The notes under the pieces are model-generated. The model searched no databases, had not been told where the DNA came from, and saw nothing but the letters and a program-made list of their open reading frames with translations. Below are positions 58,347 to 64,000 of a DNA stretch of 64,000 nt, one piece after another. The translations under genes and the position numbers were made by a program. The stretch's first letter is position 1. Every line of letters starts with the position of its first letter. Source of the DNA: a virus. The stretch covers positions 1-64,000 of IMG/VR virus record IMGVR_UViG_3300020450_000018. One strand, written 5' to 3'.

Positions 58347-60143
58347 TTACTCTTTGAATGCGGTGAACGATGAATTTGCAACATCAACATCAAGATAAAC
58401 CTCACGGAGTGCCTTGATATCATTAGAAAGCGGTTTGACTCTAACAGAGATGCGATTGTCAAAGAAACTACCCTTGATGATAGTTAGATCATACAATTTA
58501 AGTTCACCTTTTTCATATTCAATGTCTCCAACATCACTGTCAAGGACAACCTTTTCGCCAGTTACGCTATCTAGTCTATATAGGACAATTTTACCATTCC
58601 TATCTTCTAGAAAAACGTCAAAGTTGGGATACTCAGTAACTCTAAATCCAGTGCTTGCAAGGACTGGTTCGTCACAATCTTTATCAAACTCATTTTGGAA
58701 ACATAACTCATAATAGAAGGTAGAATTTAAGGAAGGATAAAAATCCTTTCTCATCGTTACCTCAGTCAAATTAGAATTGATTGAGATATCTGCATCATCA
58801 ATCACACCAACCATTTTACTATATCTAAACTTACCATTGAACTTTTCAGTATCACTAGTATCAAGATAAGACTGTACACCACCAATAACCTTATCTCTAA
58901 TCTGTGATGGTGTTTGATCTGTTGCCTGACTATTATAGAAAATTTTACTTGTCAGTTCAACAAAAAGGATTGATGGATCTATCAATCGTGGTTCTACAGA
59001 TGCAACTATAAACTTCTTCAATTCATCTATAATACTCTTTTTCGTAAATGATGTTAGGTAGCTGGCATCCTTCGGTTTTAACGCAATGAATACCTTTCCA
59101 TATTCTGGTGGTTCTTGATCTTCTCCACCAAATATAATGATGTCACTAGTTGCTGGATATATTTGGCGAACGATTGCCTCATAGTCCTGTGCGGTGACTG
59201 CACGGTCTTGTGTTCCATATGACTTAGGTGCGGTAAATTTTATCTTAGCAGTGCTTTCAATCTCCTCACCGCCTGCTGAAGGCGTGGTAGAGGTGATAGA
59301 TGTGGTGAATGCATTAGGAGATACACCATTAGGGTTCTCAAGAACTCCAGAGAAGACGAATGTACGAACTCCATTACTCTCAGGACCTGATGTTGTTAAA
59401 TATGATACTTCAATACGTGCATTGTTATCAAGTTTCTTACCCAAGACACCATCGCCCATGAGAATCTCATATCTCTCATCCTCAATCTCATCAAGGAAGA
59501 ATACTTTTGATGTTGCATCAACACCTAGAATATTATCTGCTACAAGGTATGGTTCACTGAAGCTACCTCCAGTAGGAAATACCTTTACTCTAATTGTGTT
59601 AGTGTCAATATTCTGATTATCAAGAATAAATCTTTGATTTTTTGACGAGGCGTTAACGGTAAAGGTATTGACAAGTTGTGTCCCCTCCTTTACTTCAATA
59701 TCAGTAAATGTTGCAACGTCATTGATGACCTGTGCCTTTACATCATCAATTACAACATACTGATATATGTTATTATCAAAAGAAGAAATAAATCCTGTTC
59801 CTTTCTTTAGGATGAGTTCTGTATCGGTTGTTGAATTTGTATAATTTACGGTAAACGAGACAGATGCTGTAGGAGATGTAGCACTCTTGGGTCTGTACCC
59901 TAGTTGCTTGGCAATCGCTACTACGTTGTCTCTCAAGGTGGCAGAATCAATGAATAGTTCATTGACTACCATGTTAGTGTTAAACGCTGTATAGTAGGTG
60001 TTATAGGCGAGTGTGTCAATTAAGGTAGATAATGCTGATCCATCAAAATCGTAATCAGTAAAATCTGATTGTGCTCTCATATATTCTTTGAGAGAAGCTT
60101 TGATATCTTCAAAGTCTAAATTGGCAACCTGAGTATAAGGCAT
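58347..60143 (-). CDS. g6: Baseplate wedge subunit gp6
   Basis: LDFEDIK...DYDFDGS...LAYNTYY, DSATLRDNVV, QDRAVTAQDY, PPEYGKVFI. Confidence 0.95.
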   Translation of the reverse strand: MPYTQVANLDFEDIKASLKEYMRAQSDFTDYDFDGSALSTLIDTLAYNTYYTAFNTNMVVNELFIDSATLRDNVVAIAKQLGYRPKSATSPTASVSFTVNYTNSTTDTELILKKGTGFISSFDNNIYQYVVIDDVKAQVINDVATFTDIEVKEGTQLVNTFTVNASSKNQRFILDNQNIDTNTIRVKVFPTGGSFSEPYLVADNILGVDATSKVFFLDEIEDERYEILMGDGVLGKKLDNNARIEVSYLTTSGPESNGVRTFVFSGVLENPNGVSPNAFTTSITSTTPSAGGEEIESTAKIKFTAPKSYGTQDRAVTAQDYEAIVRQIYPATSDIIIFGGEDQEPPEYGKVFIALKPKDASYLTSFTKKSIIDELKKFIVASVEPRLIDPSILFVELTSKIFYNSQATDQTPSQIRDKVIGGVQSYLDTSDTEKFNGKFRYSKMVGVIDDADISINSNLTEVTMRKDFYPSLNSTFYYELCFQNEFDKDCDEPVLASTGFRVTEYPNFDVFLEDRNGKIVLYRLDSVTGEKVVLDSDVGDIEYEKGELKLYDLTIIKGSFFDNRISVRVKPLSNDIKALREVYLDVDVANSSFTAFKE

Positions 60144-60535
60144 TATCGTGTACGCTCTAAGATGAACTCTACTCCTACTGGTGCGTCTTCCCTTCCAACA
60201 ATAATATACTGAAGTTGCACATCGTAACCATTATTATCAAAATCTGGTGTACATGTGATTTCTGTTACAGATACTCTTGGTTCGTAACGATCAATACATT
60301 CTCTGATTTCTTGTTTAATAGTACCAGCAGATGCAAAATCTAATGGTTCAAATAATAAATCCTGTACATCACAACCTAACTCAGGTTGAAATGGTCTTTC
60401 ACCTTTCCTTGTAAGTAATAAACCAGTGATTGCTTGAACAATCGCAGCTTTATCCTTTACCTGCACCAAATCATTGGTAACAGGGTGACTTTTAAATGTA
60501 ACACTCAAATCCTTGAATGTCTGAAAGGAAGGCAT
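60143..60535 (-). CDS. g25: Baseplate wedge subunit gp25
   Basis: FKDL...HPVTNDL, LTRKGERPFQPELG, LFEP, YEPRV, LERTR. Confidence 0.95.
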   Translation of the reverse strand: MPSFQTFKDLSVTFKSHPVTNDLVQVKDKAAIVQAITGLLLTRKGERPFQPELGCDVQDLLFEPLDFASAGTIKQEIRECIDRYEPRVSVTEITCTPDFDNNGYDVQLQYIIVGREDAPVGVEFILERTR

Positions 60536-60558
60536 TTAGAGACAGCAATAGGCTGTTT

Positions 60559-60753
60559 TTATTTATCCAGATTATCCCAATGTTCTTGTCTTGCACTCCA
60601 TTCATCTAGATATTCTCTCTTTCTTTCCATCTCAAATAATTCTCTGTCATCATTCTTCTTTATCTTATCAGACCACTTATCACCATCATACTCTGAGATA
60701 AGTTTCTTACCACTCTTCTTAAATTCTTCTGATTTGTCTACTTTAATCACCAT
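60559..60753 (-). CDS. Small hypothetical protein
   Basis: KVDKSEEFKKSGKKLISEY; GGAG RBS and a CTAAATA (60777-60783) upstream. Confidence 0.75.
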   Translation of the reverse strand: MVIKVDKSEEFKKSGKKLISEYDGDKWSDKIKKNDDRELFEMERKREYLDEWSARQEHWDNLDK

Positions 60754-60819
60754 TGTCTGTCTCCGTATGTATATTATATTTAGACCTTGATCGCGGAAAA
60801 CACATTCAAGGTCGCGGAA

Positions 60820-61503
60820 TTATGCAAGGAAATCCACGTTCCCAGTTTTTTTACTCTGTTCCTTCTCTTTTGGTGTTTCCCAAAAATAATCATCCGTATC
60901 TCCCAGACGTCCCCAGTCGGTTCCTGACTCTACCTGATATTCTATGGTAGAAACTTTAAAGTCTGGTACTTTTGGTTCCTGTGGCGTAATAGAGAGGTCA
61001 TACAGACGTGTCCTGTTGTTAGGATACAATGCAAACTGTCCATTCTGTAACATAATGCAGTTATGACTCTTATGCTCCTGTGGAACCTCACTCACATTAT
61101 TATCCACAACATCTGGATTCGCATGATAGTTATCCAAGGTAAACAAATACTGCCCACGCATCAACCCGTGGTCTCTTGTGCGGATCTCAGCATCCATGGA
61201 GGCTACAAAACCCTTATTAATACACATCACACCATAATCCATACAATTCCAAAATTGCAGATTCTCTAGACTCATATCGGGCGTCGGCGTTTTCGGTGCT
61301 CGGAGAAAAGCACTTATGGGTAGTTTATCAAACATCGCACCATACTCAGGTAGATACGTCTCAAAGTAGAATGCCCTGCCAGGTATACTCTTCGCAGCTA
61401 CCCAGACACCCTCCACGAATTCTCCATGACCATCCTGATGATCCCTTAGGTATTCCTTACGCACCCATACCTTCTCACATGGTAAATTACAAATCAGATT
61501 CAT
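60820..61503 (-). CDS. Conserved hypothetical protein
   Basis: MNLICNLP..KVWVRKEYL..., QEHKSHN, FALYPNNR; ATG 61503 overlaps the upstream stop (ATGA). Confidence 0.8.
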   Translation of the reverse strand: MNLICNLPCEKVWVRKEYLRDHQDGHGEFVEGVWVAAKSIPGRAFYFETYLPEYGAMFDKLPISAFLRAPKTPTPDMSLENLQFWNCMDYGVMCINKGFVASMDAEIRTRDHGLMRGQYLFTLDNYHANPDVVDNNVSEVPQEHKSHNCIMLQNGQFALYPNNRTRLYDLSITPQEPKVPDFKVSTIEYQVESGTDWGRLGDTDDYFWETPKEKEQSKKTGNVDFLA

Positions 61504-61661
61504 TGCCAACAACCCCTATCCTGTTTTGGATAGTACACCTCCACATATGAGTCGCATCTGGGACAGTGTAGATTTGTCACAAAGGAATACTCCTCCGTGA
61601 TATCCCTACAGTCATTGTCACCACCCCAGATGAGTTCTGTGTCGCAATGCCAACACTTCAT
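61500..61661 (-). CDS. Small Zn-ribbon protein, 53 aa
   Basis: Manual translation MKCWHCDTELIWGGDND...TNLHCPRCDSYVEVYYPK; ATGA-coupled at both ends. Confidence 0.8.
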   Translation of the reverse strand: MKCWHCDTELIWGGDNDCRDITEEYSFVTNLHCPRCDSYVEVYYPKQDRGCWQ

Positions 61662-61804
61662 TTACCCTGCCCACGGTAACGCTTACCCTTTGCATTACGA
61701 GATGTTGCACCATACTTTGTATGTTTCCCAGAACCCTGTCGGGTCTTCTTGGGTTTAGACTCAATACTGACACCTCCAGAGATGCCTCCTGTCATTTTTG
61801 CCAT
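61658..61804 (-). CDS. Small very basic protein, 48 aa
   Basis: Manual translation MAKMTGGISGGVSIESKPKKTRQGSGKHTKYGATSRNAKGKRYRGQGK. Confidence 0.78.
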   Translation of the reverse strand: MAKMTGGISGGVSIESKPKKTRQGSGKHTKYGATSRNAKGKRYRGQGK

Positions 61805-61807
61805 ATT

Positions 61808-62164
61808 CTATAATCTTGATCCAATTAGTATCTTAGCATGTTGGAACGGTCCTGTCAATGGTCTGGGTGAACCTCCTATAACCAACTGAGTTTGATCACC
61901 AGTAACAGCAGGTAACTTCCCATCAATAAAGACAGTCGTGTTCACTGTGGGTTGAATTGTCCTTCCACTCGGTTGGCAAGGTGGATTCGGTGCACCAGGT
62001 ACAATATCACATTGATACGGTGTTCCTGCAATAATCTTGAGAGGTTGGTTACCTACCACGACGGATGTTGACACTGGACTACCTCCAATAGGCGTAGCAG
62101 TATAACCACAGGATCCAACAGTTGATGCTGTATCCACCGTATCCTTTGAAGCTAGGTTAGGCAT
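61808..62164 (-). CDS. PAAR-like spike-tip protein (gp5.4-like, divergent)
   Basis: About 118 aa, Pro/Gly/Cys-rich, with TVFIDGKLPAVTGD resembling the PAAR VFING.PAAR.GD repeat; near g25. Confidence 0.6.
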   Translation of the reverse strand: MPNLASKDTVDTASTVGSCGYTATPIGGSPVSTSVVVGNQPLKIIAGTPYQCDIVPGAPNPPCQPSGRTIQPTVNTTVFIDGKLPAVTGDQTQLVIGGSPRPLTGPFQHAKILIGSRL

Positions 62165-62387
62165 AACCCTCTTTCTTTAATTTCTTATAATTGTAACAAC
62201 TACCTAGAGGAGCGATCTTGGGTTCTTCCTTCTCTACGTGACAATCATCAACGTATGTAGGATGATCGTGCAGAAAGGGCACATCCTCCTTGGCATGTTG
62301 AATTGCTTCAAATGCGTCCTCTGCGTATTCACCAATCTCATGGTGTTTTCTTTCTTGGTCGTGATAACCTACGATATAATGTGACAT
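62157..62387 (-). CDS. Small hypothetical protein
   Basis: MSHYIVGYHD...EYAEDAFEAI...DVPFL..HP; packed within the operon. Confidence 0.7.
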   Translation of the reverse strand: MSHYIVGYHDQERKHHEIGEYAEDAFEAIQHAKEDVPFLHDHPTYVDDCHVEKEEPKIAPLGSCYNYKKLKKEGYA

Positions 62388-62388
62388 G

Positions 62389-62622
62389 TTAGTATGCTAC
62401 CGATTTTGCAATTTTAACAAAGTCTTCTTTGAGACCTTCCACATTATTATGTAGATAATCTAGGGTCTGTGCGATTGTCTCGTAATCCTCACCCGTCGGA
62501 CGCTTGTACATCAACGATGGATTTGCCAGCCTCTCCAAAGTTTTCTCTAGGGTGTTCAATTTCTCTGACTGCCATAGGAGTGTTCTCTCCAACTCGTTCA
62601 ATCTCACTGACAACTCTTCCAT
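62389..62622 (-). CDS. Small coiled-coil hypothetical protein
   Basis: Start re-assigned to ATG 62622 (AGGAGA RBS): MEELSVRLNELER...LMYKRP...LDYLHNNVEG. Confidence 0.7.
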   Translation of the reverse strand: MEELSVRLNELERTLLWQSEKLNTLEKTLERLANPSLMYKRPTGEDYETIAQTLDYLHNNVEGLKEDFVKIAKSVAY

Positions 62623-62755
62623 TATTTTGATCTCCTGTATGATATGCTTTTGATGCACGATCTTCAAATTGGTCACAGAAGCTGTCAAAGTTACTCAACA
62701 TGTCTTCATAATCTAAACCATCATCTTCAAAGAAATCGTGTGCGACTTTTTTCAT
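62489..62755 (-). CDS. Acidic hypothetical protein overlapping the next gene
   Basis: DMLSNFDSFCDQFE; first ORF after the GATAAATA at 62815-62822. Confidence 0.65.
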   Translation of the reverse strand: MKKVAHDFFEDDGLDYEDMLSNFDSFCDQFEDRASKAYHTGDQNNGRVVSEIERVGENTPMAVREIEHPRENFGEAGKSIVDVQASDG

Positions 62756-62814
62756 GATTTTTTACCAGAAAAATTTTTTTGGATTTGAGGTTTTCAAAAA
62801 ACCATTTTCAAAAT

Positions 62815-62822
62815 TATTTATC
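62815..62822 (-). promoter_or_regulatory. Late promoter (GATAAATA) at the start of the structural region
   Basis: NATAAATA match in the intergenic region upstream of ORF 62755. Confidence 0.55.
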
Positions 62823-62893
62823 GCTCGTCTGGATACTTTTGTAGGTTAGGGAAGTATGCAATTTTCAGATCGCTTGGCGACCCTTAAGGATAC

Positions 62894-62919
62894 AAAAAAA
62901 GGGCATATTACTGCCCTTT
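62894..62919 (-). terminator. Rho-independent terminator ending the early-gene transcript
   Basis: AAAGGGCA-tattac-TGCCCTTT hairpin with a T7 tail on the minus strand (possibly bidirectional). Confidence 0.75.
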
Positions 62920-62929
62920 CTCTGTCTTT

Positions 62930-63036
62930 CTCTGTGTTATGGGTGCGGTAGAGATTCGGTTTAAAAAGCATGTTCCGCTGGGGTCGCTTACTCTTGCCTA
63001 CCGCGATGGGACTTATTGGCATTGCCCAACACAGAG
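62930..63036. ncRNA. Candidate structured non-coding RNA
   Basis: Nested complementary arms CTCTGTGTT/AACACAGAG, GGGT/GCCC and GCGGTAG/CTACCGC in a GC-rich intergenic stretch. Confidence 0.45.
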
Positions 63037-63044
63037 CTAGAGGT

Positions 63045-63296
63045 TTACATTTCCTCTAGCATTTCGTTCATTTCAACTTGGTTGATCTTTGGATCAGTCC
63101 ATCTTACACCGTCGCCAGTTGCCTGTATGTCGTATGACTCAAAGATTTCTAGTAAGTGGTCGTAGTCCATAGCAGTGCGAGCAATATTATATAATCCCTC
63201 ATCTGCGCCTAACCATAGAGCAGCGTTCCAAGTTTCGTAGTTTGTCCAACCGTTGTACTCTGTGTCGGTTAGTGTTGTTTGGTAGCAAGTAGTCAT
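63045..63296 (-). CDS. Early hypothetical protein
   Basis: YNGWTNYETWNAALW...TGDGVRW; downstream of a sigma70-type promoter. Confidence 0.8.
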   Translation of the reverse strand: MTTCYQTTLTDTEYNGWTNYETWNAALWLGADEGLYNIARTAMDYDHLLEIFESYDIQATGDGVRWTDPKINQVEMNEMLEEM

Positions 63297-63332
63297 AAGA
63301 GAGAAAGAAAGACGTTTGTTTGTTATGTTCTT

Positions 63333-63390
63333 ATTATAGTGGATAGGGCGATCAATGCAACCGCCCGTGTGCCACTAATTGAACTGTCAC
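63333..63390 (-). promoter_or_regulatory. Early promoter: GTGACAGT-N6-AGTGGCAC element, -35 TTGCAT, 16 nt, -10 TATAAT
   Basis: Read directly on the minus strand; same architecture as the copy at 63821-63879. Confidence 0.75.
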
Positions 63391-63626
63391 ATGAAGCTGG
63401 TTAGGGCGTGTGGTCTATTCTTTTCATATGATAGACTAGTAAGGTAGACGCCCATATGGTCTTGCACCATGTCAAAAAGTCCCGCCTCGCATGCATCTTT
63501 GGTTTTACCCTCGGTAAACCATACGCCCTCTGCATTAAGTGCCTTAAATTCTAAGTCTTTGATTTCTTGCTCTGACTTGAACTTAGTGTCAAATTGAATG
63601 TCAGTAACGATAAAAGATTTTTTCAT
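63387..63626 (-). CDS. Early hypothetical protein
   Basis: Start likely MKKSFIVTDIQFD (ATG 63626). Confidence 0.65.
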   Translation of the reverse strand: MKKSFIVTDIQFDTKFKSEQEIKDLEFKALNAEGVWFTEGKTKDACEAGLFDMVQDHMGVYLTSLSYEKNRPHALTSFM

Positions 63627-63628
63627 GA

Positions 63629-63814
63629 TTAGTGCCTGTCTGAGATGTACCATCTGCCAATAGGTGCTTCAAGTGTTTTGAAGTCCCTTAGTGCCATTGC
63701 GTCAAGTACTGCAATTAAAACAGGATCATTCGCTGCTGTATCGTTCATTAAAACACGTCCCTGATAATAGGGTTTTAAGTTGTTGTCTGACATAGAGAAA
63801 GTTGTTTTGTTCAT
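63629..63814 (-). CDS. Early hypothetical protein (near-leaderless)
   Basis: YYQGRVLMN..A.NDP...WYISDRH; ATG lies only 6 nt after the -10 box. Confidence 0.7.
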   Translation of the reverse strand: MNKTTFSMSDNNLKPYYQGRVLMNDTAANDPVLIAVLDAMALRDFKTLEAPIGRWYISDRH

Positions 63815-63820
63815 GTCTTT

Positions 63821-63879
63821 ATTATAAAGGGTTAGATGTGAGAGGTCAATAGGGTGTGTGACAGTTTATAGACTGTCAC
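63821..63879 (-). promoter_or_regulatory. Early promoter: perfect palindrome GTGACAGT-N6-ACTGTCAC, -35 TTGACC, 17 nt, -10 TATAAT
   Basis: Read directly; near-consensus sigma70 promoter. Confidence 0.82.
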
Positions 63880-64000
63880 GATAATACTCACCCTCTATAA
63901 CTCTCTTTCCGTTGAGAGCGTACCATACTAACTGAGCATGACCATATTCTAGGGCGAACTCATAGAGTAGATCATAAGCGAAAGAACCTTGAGAGACTGG
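63866..64000 (-). CDS. 3' end of an early hypothetical protein (starts beyond the window)
   Basis: Open frame ...PVSQGSFAYDLLYEFALEYGHAQLVWYALNGKRVIEGEYYRDSL*. Confidence 0.6.
   Translation of the reverse strand, partial: PVSQGSFAYDLLYEFALEYGHAQLVWYALNGKRVIEGEYYRDSL

Noticed and set aside
22486-60143. Numerous 60-150 aa plus-strand and off-frame ORFs within the giant structural genes
   Set aside because: They lie wholly inside well-supported genes, lack RBS or motifs, and are expected from codon bias on the antisense strand.
60753-60950. Plus-strand 65-aa ORF and neighbours (60434-60790, 61063-61550)
   Set aside because: Antisense to coherent minus-strand late genes and overlapping their promoter.
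62930-63036. tRNA or CRISPR mini-array interpretation of the structured intergenic region
   Set aside because: No T-loop GTTCRA/cloverleaf and no regularly spaced direct repeats; no tRNA or CRISPR array was recognised anywhere in the window.

Overview
This window is the virion structural region of a T4-like marine cyanomyovirus (Kyanoviridae-type; the cyanobacterial ndhI/ndhP suggest a Prochlorococcus or Synechococcus host). Almost all core genes are on the minus strand. From right to left they are early genes with sigma70-type promoters, a PAAR-like gene, g25, g6, g7, g8, a DUF4815/VrlC-like protein, a g9-like connector, a 3310-aa fibre, a glycine-rich adhesin, g13, g14, g15, g16, g17, g18, g19 and a partial g20. 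There are two accessory islands. (1) Between the fibre module and g13 is a divergently arranged enzyme island (about 12.6-21.2 kb) with 11 Fe(II)/2-oxoglutarate oxygenase-fold genes and a flavin-dependent halogenase. It directly abuts a Gly/Pro-rich adhesin gene. (2) The g16-g17 interval carries ndhI, an ndhP missed by the ORF track, pyrE, a thermonuclease-like gene and a series of translationally coupled single-membrane-span micro-ORFs. Also present are T4-type late promoters, palindromic early-promoter elements and a candidate structured ncRNA at the early/late boundary. All assignments come from motif recognition by eye; no database searches were run.
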